A stretch of 64,000 nucleotides of DNA, taken from contig OZ024747.1 in NCBI GenBank assembly GCA_964016885.1, positions 43,958,001 through 44,022,000 of the forward strand, given 5' to 3'. A program made the position numbers and the translations under genes. Within the stretch, counting starts at the first letter, position 1, and each line of letters starts with the position of its first letter. Source of the stretch: Eledone cirrhosa. Lineage: Eukaryota. The notes beneath the pieces were generated by a model. The model did not search any database. It saw only the letters and a list, made by a program, of their open reading frames with translations, and was not told the DNA's origin. This document shows positions 1-16,625 of this stretch, in pieces.

Positions 1-960
1 GTGGCCATAGAAATGGATCCAGAAGTATGTTCCATGTTTTCTTTATCGATTACCTAAAATTGTAAGGACCAACTATCAACCACATAAAAAGCAATTGGAG
101 TTCATTACCTATTTTACTGACATTGGATTGAAATTTGATGACAGTAAAACGTGTAAAACCATACTAAAAGTCTGACATGGAGTCCCGACAAGTTCATAAC
201 ATCCCAACTTGTTGGATATCGCCATGCAATCCAGGAACAAGAAATCCCCACTAAGTACCTACTGCTCAAAAGAGGAAGTTCATCTGTTGACAGTAAATAT
301 GGGCTGTGCAAAACAAAGATTGAATATGCTAGCTATATTATTGTCAACTGTGAAAGAATGTTTTGTTTTGTGTTTTCGTTACTAGCTCCCCATGAGGTAT
401 GATGTGATAGCTAGAAGGATCGGGAATGTATTATGGAAAACAAAAATAAAATCAAGCAGGGAGGAATATGTTGAGACTGATAGCCCAAAGGAATACTGGT
501 AGAACCTAGAAATAAAAACTGTTGCCAAATTAAAGCTCAACCGGCCCGATATCGTTGTTTGGGGCCACACAATAAAAAATATGCTCTGTTGTAGAAGCTA
601 GCTGTCCACTCGATGCCAATGTGGTAAGTAAATGGAAAAGAAAAGGAGGATATTAACGGATCATTGATGAAGTTTTCAGATCCAATATCCACGTAATTCT
701 TCATACCAATTATTATTGGATGTACAGATTATAAACCAACCCAACTGGACTTGAATTTGTGGAGAAAGAACGTCGCTCCTTAATTCATAAGCTAAAAATG
801 GCTGCGATATCTGAAACCTTCAAATTTCGTAAAACATTCATATGATATAAAGAATGAACGCTTATGCAAGAGACGACGAGAATTTCCCTTTCTTTAAAAC
901 CTTGCCACCGAGAAGGCGGCCGAGCAGAAATAAAAGCAAGTTAAGGGAAAAACAAACGCA
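1..960 (+). mobile_element. Decayed 3' part of an R4-like (REL endonuclease) non-LTR retrotransposon, family C
   Basis: Frameshifted RPDIVVW motif at ~542 (cggcccgatatcgttgtttgg). Colinear similarity with the minus-strand copy at 17660-18120, including the 3'UTR CTTGCCACC..GAAGG.GGCCG. Ends next to CATACATAC. Confidence 0.7.
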
Positions 961-1075
961 TACATACGAACGCACATACAAACACATGCTTGTGGCTTGT
1001 GTGTATACACACACACAGATATATATATATGTGTGTATACACACAAACCACAAGCATGTGTTTGTATGTGCGTTC

Positions 1076-1202
<127 letters not shown>

Positions 1203-1269
1203 AAGAAAAAAGATGAAATCGAAAATGCAACTGGAGTCTTATTTTTTTTTAAATATATATATTTATTTG

Positions 1270-2026
1270 GTTCCTTTACCGTTTTCGCAGTTCTTCTGCT
1301 TTTCAAAAGTACAGTTGAGATGGAGGGTCTGTGGTTTTTCTCACATCAGGTATCACGGCTATTGCCAATATAGGTTTGTTTTTATTGATTTATTATTTTA
1401 AATCGAGACAGGCAAACCGTATTATTTTAATTAGTATTTTTCAATCTAGCTAACTTGCTCATTTGCAATACAAACACTTATATACTTGTATCAGTGTTTA
1501 TCCCTATCATATATTCATTTGTATTACACGGCTCGGAAATATTCCTTTCATTGAGCTATTCAAGTGTAAAAGACTATTTGAGTTTATAACTCTATATATA
1601 ATATTCTCGGCTCCATACGTAGAGATAATTTTTAGTCCCATAAAACTGGCTGCTATTTTTAGCGGCACGAGTATGGGACGACCTAGGCGCTGTGACACAT
1701 GTGCGTTCAACAACCCATTTCTCTCAGTCTTCTTAAGTATTTTGAAGTGAAACTTACCAATTTCTGGATACCTACAGAAGAGCACAGGAATAGGAACTTT
1801 CACTTAATTGTTGCGAAACAAATTTAAAATTTAAAATTTAAAATTTGTCCAGGTATCACGGCTGTTGCCAATATAGGTTTGTTTTTATTGATTTATTATT
1901 TTAAATCGAGACAGGCAAACCATATTATTTTAATTAGTATTTTTCAATCTAGCTAACTTGGTGATTTGCAATGCGAACACATGTATACTTGTATCAGTAT
2001 TTATCCCTATCATATATTCATTTGTA
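1270..2026 (-). mobile_element. PLE-like remnant with ~177-bp direct repeats (1347-1524 and 1850-2026) and a degenerate hammerhead at ~1272-1312
   Basis: Direct repeat caggtatcacggct...catatattcatttgtat seen twice. The minus strand reads ctt TTGAAAA GCAG aagaa CTGC GAAA acgg TA aag, a mutated hammerhead core. Confidence 0.5.
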
Positions 2027-2127
2027 TATATATATACATTTATATATATATATATTAAAACATTTATACTCTGCTATGTATTGAGTATCTTACTTACTGT
2101 GGTTACCTCCGATTCCATCCGGAATAA

Positions 2128-2201
<74 letters not shown>

Positions 2202-3925
2202 GAGAGAGAGAGAAAGAGAGAAATGTGTGTGTGAGTGTGTTTGTGTATGTATGTCTGCTTGTGAAAATATATATATATACCTATTTAAGTATGAGATGTC
2301 TATACATGTGTATGTATATGTGTGAGTATATATTAGAGTGTATATTAGAGTATGGAATTTGGCAAATATGCTCATTTCTCCGAGATCTTTTTATCAGTAT
2401 TGCCTGCACTCTGTTAATGATCAACATATATATACATGCTGTCAACGACAGAACATTGCATTCTATGCATACTGTCATCAGCACAACAAATCATTCAACA
2501 CACTGCCATTAACAAAACTTATCAAACTATATTCTACATACACCGTAAAATTAAATTCGTTACCTTCCGGCTTATTTTTAATGAACACACGTGTTAGTGA
2601 GATGATCACATCAAACACGTAATCCTCCACACGTCCCATATAGGCTCATTTGTTACATGTTTACACCTCTCTTCGTTTATATCTATGTACTCTCACGTTT
2701 CTCTGAGGACTTGAAAAAATAACATAGAGATAAAATTACTAAAGTAAATGAACACTTCCATTTGATTATGAGTTTGCATTTGTTAGACCCACAGAACTGC
2801 GTATTCATTAAATTATAGTGTAAGTAGCTGGGTATTCTACAGATATGGGCCAATAACATAACCCAAAGACAATCAAATACACATTCGGTTTATCGAACGG
2901 TTTTCTTGTTCCTATCTACAAAACTCCATTACCAACGTGTGAGTCGTCCCGAAGCAATGAGAAACCCCATTGGATCAAGATCAAACTTGGAGTATAAACA
3001 TTATTGAGAATATTTTTTTTTAATAATTGGCCATTCTTGTGCACAGTTGCATGTACTATTATTTAGACCCTATGTACACACGTAAACACATATACATATA
3101 TGAATTCATACACACACAAACAAGTATATACACTCTATCAATCTGCTTTATATAACACAAGTACATATAGGTTTACATACACACACAGACGCTCAAATAC
3201 ATATATTCCGCCAATCTATCGTGTAAAAAGCTGCGTCTATTTCTGTTCCAGAACATTGTCAATATGTTGCAGTTGACATGTCTTAACGTGTTCGAATGTG
3301 TTCGCTTTTCCGTAAACGTTCGGGAATCTTTTCGACGTCGGAAAAGACTAGAAAATTTCACATCTTTCATAGAGCTTTTAATGGACAAACAACTTGATTT
3401 TACCAACAATCAATAATTTAATTATTCCTACAATTGGACCAATTCGTATCTTCCCCGTTCAACGCATTGCTCACCTTTCTTCCTTGAAGTCGTTCAGCAT
3501 CTCAAAAATTGTTGAATCGAAGTACCGTGGATTTCATACAAGGCATCCCTTTTATGCAATCTGACTGTTTTCGATCAATGCCTGATATTTTATTCTATAA
3601 TCATTGTTTATATATCTTTCTGATGAAATAATTGTTTTGTTTTTATTTGAGGCAAATGGAACGACAAATTCTACAGAAATATAAAATCGTATCTTGAATC
3701 AGAGAATGCCTGAAATATATAATCCTTGATAAATCGAAAAGTTTCATAGAAACAAACACTTCTACTCCAATGAAACACAAATTTAAGAATACTATTTTAT
3801 TATGATCTTGGTGAAAATTATAAATAAACGAAGCACAAAGAAGCAAAATATGCCTGAGAAGAACGATAGGCAGCGAATGAATCACAACGAACAAGAATAT
3901 CCAAACGATGACCACAGTAAATGAA

Positions 3926-4002
3926 CAATGGGTGAGGGTCACAATAATGGGTGAGGGTCACAACAATGGGTGAGGGTCACAACAATGGGTGGGGGTCACA
4001 AC
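3926..4002 (+). repeat. 19-bp tandem repeat x4 (CAATGGGTGAGGGTCACAA)
   Basis: Four near-identical units are directly visible. Confidence 0.9.
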
Positions 4003-5054
4003 ACTAAAGAATTAGACTTGAAGGTAATAAGACATGTTAAGGTCTTATATACCTGTTTGCAATATTAAATAGGTGCACATAGGTTGCTCCTAGGGAGGTT
4101 TAATAAGATATTGATAATAATTCATCCCTTAAAGAAATGGAGAAATTATCCAATTATAAAGATATCAAATCAGAGTTAATCAAATTCTGGTGACTGAAAG
4201 CAGAAACCATTCCATTCTATAGTAGGTTCTTTGGAAACTATTAAAAAACACAGAAAAGTACATATCAATATACACGCTGCATACAAAACCAGCAGTGCAC
4301 CCATTAACTACAGAAATATCAATACAATAAAAACTAAAAGAAAAAAATACCGCACCTATCCAATGCTCAGAGAGTAGCGCTCGGTAGTTCTGTAAAAAAT
4401 TGCAGTAAAAATTACTATTGAAAAATAAAAATAACACAATAATACATTATTGCTACTATTATTATTTCTAGTGAAAACATCTTATGGTAAATACCATTTA
4501 GCTTTTAATCATCTAAAAATATGCAATTCATATAAATACGGTATATATAAAGAATTCTTTGGGATATAACCGGTTAAGTTCATCTATAGAAAGATTTGGC
4601 ATAGATTTCAATATTTATCTGATTTCTTTTATAGCAAATAAAGAGTCTAGCTAAAAATTTGGCACAGAAAACTCTCTACTGATTAAGTGTGTGAAAAAGT
4701 GGAACAACTTCTGCAAAATAACTTCAAAGTTCACATATCGGTCATTGTTGAAACATTTTTAAGCCGGCTGAGTAATAATACTTTTCTAGTAACAGCTTAC
4801 CATATTTTCATCCTCTGTCAATCTCAGAAATTGGAAGCAGCTTTGATTGTAGTTCATCTTTCACACTTGACTAGCATAAGAAATTACCATGCAGCGAAGA
4901 AATGACTATTTTTGCTTGTGTTTTCTTATATATATATATATCTCTTTTTTTTACGTTTCATTGTGTGTGTATGAGTGTGCTTCTGTTAATTGTGTTTTTT
5001 TGTTTTGCTCCGTCTTTCACAATTTGATCAAACGTGCGTGCATATGTGTACGGA

Positions 5055-5153
<99 letters not shown>

Positions 5154-5349
5154 TATATATATGATATATACATATATAATAAATATATTTGAGTATATAT
5201 ATATATATATATATTTATATATACATATATATATATATAATATATATATATACATATATAATAAATATATGTATATATGTATATATATATAATAAATATA
5301 TGTATATTTATATATATAAAATATATACATATATAATAAATATATTTGA

Positions 5350-5444
<95 letters not shown>

Positions 5445-5564
5445 TAATATTAAAGTGTCCAAGCAACCAAACAGTTTTACATTGCAATTTACACATGTGT
5501 GTGCATGGAATATATATATATCATATATACACCCACGCACGTATATCTATGTGGGTATGTACAG

Positions 5565-5603
<39 letters not shown>

Positions 5604-6988
5604 TGTTTGTGTGTGCTTTTATATATACATTTACATATGTACACAAGCACGCACATATACGCATATACACCTGTAATGATTTACATATAAAACTGCTGAG
5701 AGACAGACACACACACACACACACACAAGCACACGCACAAACACACACATGCGCATCACTACACAACGTTGTGGCTTAAAGTATTAATCACTTCTGCCTC
5801 TTTCACATCCCATCTCATCATTGAGATAATTACCATCATTCAGTCACAGATCAATGCACAAGTTTTTGTTCTTCCATTATTAGAGCTTATATGACCCTTG
5901 TTTTACACCTGAGCCCCAAATTTTCACCTTCCACATTCCAACCCTTACACCTTATCCGTCTCCATTTTGTTTTATTTATTTATCTGTTGTGTTAGTTTTT
6001 GGTCTAATTTCAATTTATCATTTGGTTTTGTTGGAGGGGGTTTGTGTTTCTCGCTATGTTATAGTTATTGTTGCTGATATAGTAATGGCGGTGGTTGTGG
6101 TGGTGCTGGAAGGTGATTTTGTTCTGGGTTTTTTCAATCATTGAACGAAATGAGATATACGTTTTTCTTTTCATAGAATATCATATTTGGAAAGTTGAAG
6201 TTCATAGTTCAAGTCTTGATGGAATATGCAGACTCTGTATTTCATGCTACTGGTCAATGTTTTGGCGAGACTGTATATATCAGAGTCGAGCTGTGTGTTG
6301 GTGGGTCTGTGCTTGTGATAGTCTGCGTATTGTTGGGTCAGTATATGTATGTGATGGTTTACGTGTGTGTGTGTGTGCTGATCTGTAAATGTCTGTATTA
6401 ATCTGTATGTGTCATTCTCTGTCTGTAGTATCTATGATCTGTCTTAAGCTGTTTATTAGCGTGTCTACGTGAGTCTGTGAGTCTCTGGGTGTGTCTCTGT
6501 GGGTCTATATGTGTGTATGTGTGTGTGTGTGTGTGTGTGTATCTGTGTTAACCTGTGTGTGGTTGTGTTGGTATGAATGTGTCTGTGTTTGTATAAATGT
6601 GTTTACTTGTCTGTATGCGTCTGAGTCGGTATTTATGTATCTATGTTAGTCTAAGTGTATCTGTGTTAGTCTAAGTGTGTCTGCGTTGGTCAATATGTGT
6701 CAGTATGTGTCGGTATGGGTGTATATGTGTCAGTGTGTATGTGGGGGAAGACTATATGTGTCTATGTTTGTCTGTATGTGTCTGTGTTGGTATGCATGCG
6801 TCACCAGGTCTGTATGTGTCTGTATTGGAATAGCAAATAGAGACAGTGTTGTGAGTTGAGTTATTCAGCTTGTAATTGGTTGTACTGTTGTGGACAGCTT
6901 TATAATCACCTGTGCTGGCTCGTTCAGGTGGATTTCACAAACATATTCAAGAACCACCTTTCAGCATATTGTGCTAACCTTTTTCACC

Positions 6989-7070
<82 letters not shown>

Positions 7071-7148
7071 ACGCCTTCACTTCATCTCTCGCTCTATTTA
7101 TATGTTTGGCTATGTGTATACACCAATACGACACATACAGGCACACAT

Positions 7149-8038
<890 letters not shown>

Positions 8039-8050
8039 AGAGAGAGAGAG

Positions 8051-8965
8051 ATTAACGGAGCCATAGACTCTCGCTATTCCCTGTAAAGTATGTGCTCAAA
8101 GGAAAAGGAATCCTGAGTTCTTTAAAATACAATATGTAGAAAGGATGAGAGAGAGAGAGAGCGTGTGTCATCAATAAAACAGGGAAACCACCAGTGTATG
8201 GAATCTATCACCAATGGAAGGCAGGGTAGACACACAATAATTAAAAATATAAATTAAAATGCGCATACGCACCTCTATAGCTATATAACACACACGTACA
8301 AATCCAAAGAGATCTGTTTCACCAAGAAATTATTGACTGAAATGGAAGCGCCTATGGGTTATCATCGTGTGTAAGGCAAATACATTGCAGACAACTCTAA
8401 GAAAATATAAGATAACCGTCCTGCAACACGCGGATTCCCTGTTTTATTGACGGCACACGCTCTCTCTAGTATGTTATCCTTTCTACATATTGTATTTTAA
8501 AGAGCTCAGGATTCCTTTTCCTATGAGCACATAATTTACAGGGAGCGTGAGTCTATGGCTCCGTTAATTTATCTTGATATTTTGCTCCATATAACAGTCT
8601 TTCCTCTCCTTCTGTTTGGTTGAGCACGTCTTTTTGAGTGGTTTTGGGCTGCCATTTCTAGCAGCTCTTCCCTCATATACCACTGGTTCACTGTCATATG
8701 CACGCTGTCACATCTCTCTGCAGCGTGTTGCAGGACGGTTATCTTATATTTTCTTAGAGTTGTCTGAAATGTATTTGCCTTACACACGATGATGACCCAT
8801 AGGCGCTTCCATTTCAGTCAATAATTTCTTGGTGAAACAGATCTCTTTGGATTTGTACGTGTGCGTTATATAGTTATAGAGGTGCGTATACGCATTTTAA
8901 TTTATATTTTTAATTATTGTGTGTATTCCATACACTGGTGGTTTCCCTGTTTTATTGATAGCACA

Positions 8966-8968
<3 letters not shown>
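8051..8968. mobile_element. Fold-back PLE-type pLTR remnant, family D, carrying hammerhead copies
   Basis: 8051-8430 is matched in reverse complement by 8436-8968. The hammerhead at ~8782-8863 has a mutated core (ATGATGA). Homologous to 11000-11740. Confidence 0.75.
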
Positions 8969-9054
<86 letters not shown>

Positions 9055-9066
9055 CCCCTGTCTCTA

Positions 9067-9098
<32 letters not shown>

Positions 9099-9604
9099 CG
9101 TATGTGTATATGTGTGAATGTATATATGTCTTTTAATGTGTCTCTTTTTCAATTTATGTAGATAGGTTAGTCATTCTAATCAAATTCAAACGTTTAGGAA
9201 TATATACAGATATATTTTATTTTTATTTATTTATTTTTTTTTGTTCATTGACCATTGCGGGCAGAAATAAAACTGATCCACTTCTTATGATTTGCAAGAT
9301 ATCTTCTGATAATGTGTGCAATGGACGCTGTATAGGTAAATAAGATACAGAATTTGATGCAGATGCGTGGTGTCTTGGGCAATTACTATTTACTGCTGCA
9401 TCTGCTAAACCCAAGTTCTGGAATTACAGGTGAGCAAACAGAACCTGTTTGGAAGCCGATATGATGGACTGTGTTTCTAATACAAAGTCTCAGCAATATC
9501 ACTGACTAATAAGGTCAATTATCATTCTCTCTTTCACAATCACTCCCCCTCCTCTTTCACTCTTTCTTTCTCTCCCTCTTTTTCTCGCCAGATATATATA
9601 TATA

Positions 9605-10380
9605 TAGGAAAATGTTCAAGACCCCGACAGCAGAGCTCAAGCCATTTCGATGGCTATTTCTGGACTAAATTAGATTTTTAGCGTAGTAATAAATAGCCGA
9701 ACTTTTCAAGGGGTAATTCCTTATATGGGAAGATTGTAGTTGTCAAAAGGATTGGTCAAAATTTCTTGTAAACACAATTAAATCTTTCATGGCGGTGGGT
9801 GGGAGGTGGGGCTGGCTAAACTTGCCTGTAGAACAAAGAGTGCGTGGGTGGTGCCGGTCAAGCGTTGAAAGTGAATTCTATACAGCAAATTCTAAGGAGT
9901 GTGGGTGAAATTAGGCTAGCTAGAAAGCAGGCGAAAAAAGAATTCTGGAGGAATCTGAGAGTGGGAAGTTATAAAATTAAAAAGTTAATAAATTGAAATT
10001 ATAAAATTAAAAAATAATAAATAAAAATAATAATTATATTAAAAAATAAAATAATAAAAAAAAAATTTAAAAATTTAAAAGATATAAAAAAACTAGAGTC
10101 TAAAACAGATGCTATATTTTTAGCTGGTATTGCTTTATCGGCCAATGCTATATAGAATTTATTAGGCTGTTGGTATTTGGGAACGCGGGCCGCCAATAGA
10201 CCTAAAACTTCATGCCTGGACAATATGTAAAGAAAATTAGGTGAAAACCTGCATTTGTCCTGCTTCATCGAGGAAAATCTTAAAGATTATCCAGCCATCA
10301 GAGTATTCGGTTTATTTTCTTTACATATTGTCCAGGCATGAAGTTTTAGGTCTATTGGCGGCCCGCGTTCCAAAATACCT
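9605..10380 (-). mobile_element. PLE 3' region ending in pLTR module A, with a degenerate long-stem hammerhead (~9620-9716); short inverted segment 10173-10236 / 10318-10378
   Basis: The minus strand reads acccc TTGAAAA ..ggctattt..aaatagcc.. GAAA tggct tgagctc tgctg TC ggggt. Module A is shared with 17188, 23253, 25183-25945 and 46348. Confidence 0.6.
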
Positions 10381-10446
10381 TATCCTGTGCAACGCCGGGT
10401 ACCACTGCTAGTATATATAGTATATATATATATGTATGTATATATG

Positions 10447-11843
<1,397 letters not shown>

Positions 11844-11970
11844 CGGAATTAGACGATATATAAAACATTAATAATTATTACTGTACTGTTATCAGTACTC
11901 CTACTACTTCAACCACTACCACCACTATCACCACCACCACCACTAGTACTACAACTACTACTACTACTAC

Positions 11971-12019
<49 letters not shown>

Positions 12020-12023
<4 letters not shown>

Positions 12024-12315
12024 GTTTCTTTATTGGCCACAAGGGCTGACACGAAGAAAACATTAGAGACGGCACAGAACAGTACAGGACTATACAAAGT
12101 GGGTTTTGGTCGTGTAAACAGGTTATAACAAATTGGGCTATAAATAAAAAAAATCAAACAACAAAAATTCCCCAAAAAGGAGGAAACCTCCGAGGGTCAC
12201 TCGTGTCGAAAACCACATAAAAAGGCTACTGTCACCCTAACCACCAGAACAAGCGCTCTCTCTCTCAGTTTTCTCACTCCTCAGTCTACAGGCTCATACT
12301 CAGAGCGGGTCTGTT
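12020..12315 (-). mobile_element. 3' terminal fragment of the Tx1/L1-like family, ending in (TTA)n
   Basis: Its reverse complement aligns by eye with 42810-43081 (ctctgagtatg...ccttgtgg..aataaagaaa.cattattatt). It abuts (TAA)n at 11971-12021. Confidence 0.7.
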
Positions 12316-13013
12316 ATAATAATTATAATAATAATTTCATTTATTGGCAACAAAGGCCGATATCTAGGGGACAATACAAAGACACGGACAGTGGGGTTTT
12401 ACACTAAGCTCGAGTAAAAGTGCACAATGGCAAGACTAATTTAACAATGAAGATATAAAAAAATAAAATAATAATAATACCAATGTTCATGAGAATCGGC
12501 GTAAGAAGTATAAATAGCAGAAAGTTCTATAAGTATAAAACATACCAACGGCGTTTCAATGGCTTCTCTGATGATGTGAAAATTACTTTCAGTGTGAAAA
12601 TCAAAAAATGAAAACGAGGTCATAGATTTGATGGTAGTGATCGGAGGTAAATGATAAGAAAGAAAATTAATAGAGTTTTTACAACATACACAAATAAATG
12701 AGATATAGTATGCAAAAATAATGTAGGATATGAAATCCTAAAGCAATTATTCATTGGGACTTATTTTCTACGTTTTATTATTATTCTTATTAATCTAGTT
12801 TATGCTTATTTATTTGCTTATATATTATTTCTTATTTATTTATATACTTGTTTATTTTTATTTGATTTACATATTTATTTTTGGAGCATAAACTTTTAAA
12901 CTAGTTATCTTAGAAATAAATGTCAAGCGACCAATTGTCTTCAAGTTTTATACATTTACCGGCAATTTCTATTTATTGTACTAAAGTCATCAAAACACAT
13001 CTCTCTCTCTCTC

Positions 13014-13086
<73 letters not shown>

Positions 13087-13569
13087 ATATATATAATTCA
13101 AATTAAAATATATATATATATAGTATTTTATATATATATATATATATAAAGCATATAATATTTAGGAAACACTATATACTTTAAGGTGGAAAAATGAATG
13201 TTCCTGATGGCGCCGTTTCAAAGTTCCTAGAACCGGGTTGCAAAATGATCTAAGTAATCGATTATCGATTACCAACTATCGATTTTTGTATACCTCCTTT
13301 AGATGTAGATCTAATCGTCAGAGGAGAAACCTCTTGTTATAAGATCCAATAAAATACAAAATACCTTTATATTCCAAGAAATAGTTAATCCAGATAACAT
13401 GGGGTGAATTTGACAGTGACGGCAGATCTTAAGAGGACTGGTCGTCGTGTCCGTTAGAAATAGGTGTGATGTACCAGTCACAGCACAAGCAGCTCAACAA
13501 ATTAAGAATTTGGAGCATATATATACTAATTTAAAGTATCATAACATATATAATTGTTATCAGCAATTA

Positions 13570-13905
13570 TCTCAGTGTATTACTGGTACTTTATTTTATC
13601 GAAACCGTAAGGATGAAAGGCAAAGTTAACCTCGGCGGGATTTTAACTCAGACCGTAAAGGGACGTAACTATGCTGGAAAGCATGGCGTCCAACCCTCTA
13701 CCGATACAGCCAATTCACCGCCCCTTGATAGAGTTTCTACTTTTGGCACAAGACCAGCGATTACCCCAGTGCACCACTGGTACTTTATTTTATCGACATC
13801 GTAAGGATGAAAGGCAAAGTTAACCTCGGCGGATTTGAACTCAGAATGCAAAGGGCCATAAATCTTCTGCAAAACATGGTGTCTGACGCTCTACCGAAAC
13901 TGCCA
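13570..13905 (-). mobile_element. Two tandem tRNA-derived SINE copies
   Basis: The reverse strand has TGGCAG..CGGTAGAG (A box), GAGTTCAAATCC (B box) and the body GAGGTTAACTTTGCCTTTCATCCTTACG..GTCGATAAAATAAAGTACCAG, as at 31000 and 31207. Confidence 0.8.
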
Positions 13906-14131
13906 AATGTTTGATGAATATGTTTCTCGGTGAGAAAGCTCAATGGACGTTTGTCCAGGGCATTAATAATTCAAATTTAAAATATATCATTAGAGAAACA
14001 TAGTATTTTCTATCAATCTATTAATATATCTATCTCTTGAACTGTCTATCTATTATCTATCTCTCTAACTATCTATATATCTATCTATTCAACTACCTAT
14101 TTATCTGTCTATTTATCAATCTCTAACAATC

Positions 14132-14245
<114 letters not shown>

Positions 14246-14386
14246 ATCTATTTATCTATCTATATATCTATCTATCTATCTACATATATATATATATATA
14301 TATCCATCTATCTATATATCTATATATCTATATATATATGTAAATCAAGTAATTCCGTCGGAAAGGTACAGGAAAAAAGAGTGCTC

Positions 14387-14425
<39 letters not shown>

Positions 14426-14565
14426 AGTGTAATTTTCTACACAAAACGAAGGTTATAGAGAAAATTGAGGTTGGTAATGGCACATGGAATATATAAGAGA
14501 CAGAATACTTATTTGTGAAAAAACATATAATTTTATAAGGTAAGGAAATAATAAAGGGTATAAAA

Positions 14566-14608
14566 AATGACCGGTTTCGATGGGTCTGCAAAAGCCATCT
14601 TTTCAAAC
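14566..14608 (-). ncRNA. Degenerate minimal hammerhead motif in a TA-flanked PLE remnant
   Basis: The minus strand reads TTGAAAA gatgg..ccatc GAAA CCGG TC. The core has two substitutions and stem I is weak. Confidence 0.45.
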
Positions 14609-14752
14609 GTTGATTAATATTAAGAAAAATTAATAATACGAAGAGTTAAAATTTGAGATTTGAAAATTCAAGTATAAAATTCATTGTGGGATTTCATAGT
14701 AGTTTTCATCTAGGTAGCAACAACAGTTGACTGCTGTGTCCCTTTCTGGTAG

Positions 14753-14821
<69 letters not shown>

Positions 14822-14974
14822 CGTTACGTTTCTGAATTTGTTTAGCAAGATTCTTTATCTGAAAACGTGTGTTGAAACCAATATTGTTATGCTTTGAGGG
14901 ATCTCAAAGGATCTACAATGACAGACCGATAAATATACAAACCGATATTTTTTTGGCTAGATACATAAATAGAT

Positions 14975-15028
<54 letters not shown>

Positions 15029-15499
15029 GCTTTGAGAGGGTCATGTTGCCAATCAATAAGTAACACACGCACCAGTTGCTTTCACTTCACTTTATTATAA
15101 ATTAAATTTATAAATTTAAGAATTTATAAATTTCCGGTTGGATGGTTGGTTCCACTACCAGACGATTGTTCATATATTGTCAAAGTTCTTTCGTCAGACA
15201 TTCTGTGACCTCTTCAGTGACTGAGGATTCTTTTCTTTGTTTTTGTGCCTCTCCTTTGTTCTGTTCTACACTATCTTGTTTTTGTGTGTGTTGTGTGCTT
15301 AGTTTGCGCATATGTTACATCCGGGTGTCTGTGTGTGTTTATATTTGTTTATTTACATGTTACTGGTTGGTTGTTTGTTCTATGTGTGTGTGTTTTCATT
15401 TTGTCCTTAATTGTAAGTTGTGATGTTGCTATTTCATTCATGTTTTCTAGTTAATTTTGGTTGGAGTTCATTTATGTTTATTAGCCCCATGTTGACTGT

Positions 15500-15823
15500 A
15501 AAACTAGAAATGTGGTATATGGCATAAGGTGTACTGAGAGACAATGTAGAGATGGGAGTGTGGTGTACATAGGTGAGACAGCTCGTAGTGTAGAAGAACG
15601 GATAAATGAACACTGGCGAGAACTTCAAGATAGAAAAGAATCATCTGTACTCCACCAACATGCTAAAATAGAACATAAGGGTAAATTAGAGAACATAGAA
15701 ATAAAAATAGAATCTACACACAGAAAAGACGTAATGTTTAGACAAATCACAGAGGCAGTAAACATAAATGAACTCCAATCAAAATTAAATAGAAAACATG
15801 AATGGAATAGCAACATCAATTAA
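15500..15823 (+). pseudogene. C-terminal GIY-YIG endonuclease fragment of a Penelope-like element
   Basis: VVYGIRC..C....YIGETARSVEERINEH...H...H...R...EA..I...LN: GIY-YIG motif with conserved Arg, Glu, Asn and CCHH residues. No RT is present upstream. Confidence 0.85.
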
Positions 15824-16019
15824 GGACAAAATGAAAACACACACACACATAGAACAAACAAACAACCAGTAACATGTAAATAAACAAATAAATAAACAAA
15901 TATAAACATACAGACACCCGGATGTAACACATGCCTAAACTAAGCACACAACACACACAAAATCAAGATGGTGTAGGACAGAACAAAGGAGAGGCACAAA
16001 AACAAAGAAAAGAATCCCA

Positions 16020-16070
16020 GTCACTGAAGAGGTCACAGAATGTGTGACGAAAGAACTTTGCCAATATATG
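16020..16070 (+). ncRNA. Minimal type I hammerhead (inverted twin at ~15178-15222)
   Basis: gtca CTGAAGA g gtcaca gaatg tgtgac GAAA g aa c TT tg(a/c)c. In the twin copy stem I gtca/tgac is perfect. Confidence 0.65.
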
Positions 16071-16210
16071 AACAATCGTCTGGTTGTGGAACCAACCATC
16101 CAACCGGAAATTTATAAATTCTTAAATTTATGAATTTAATTTATAATAAATTGAAGTGAAAGCAACTGGTGCGTGTGTTTCTTATTGGCAACATGACCCT
16201 CCCAAAGCAT

Positions 16211-16272
<62 letters not shown>

Positions 16273-16536
16273 ATCTATTTATGTATCTAGCTAAACAAAT
16301 ATCGGTTTGTATATTTATCGGTCTGTCATTGTAGATCCTTTTCATTCTGATTATAAATGGGAAGCTTATCAAGAAACAATAACTCACAAACAGGTTGAAG
16401 GTAGTGGAGGCAGAGATTTCGGTCGAGGAGCTGATGGCAATAATGATAGTCGTATCATCTGGAAGCGAGCTTGCAAAATATTATCATGAATTTGAGTGGG
16501 ATCGATAAGTAGTTTATATATATATATATATTTATT

Positions 16537-16595
<59 letters not shown>

Positions 16596-16625
16596 TGTTA
16601 TACTTGGGGAGGGTCATATTGTTGT

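Larger units (their letters stand above)
14906..16341 (+). mobile_element. 5'-truncated Penelope-like element with an inverted pLTR copy (arms 14906-15480 and 15758-16341)
   Basis: A GIY-YIG frame lies between two ~575-bp inverted arms. Each arm has a hammerhead motif. Confidence 0.85.

Noticed and set aside
9223-9430. Possible host exon (minus-strand 63-aa frame, or plus-strand segment ending CAG|GTGAG)
   Set aside because: No recognisable domain or partner exons; cannot be supported without transcripts.
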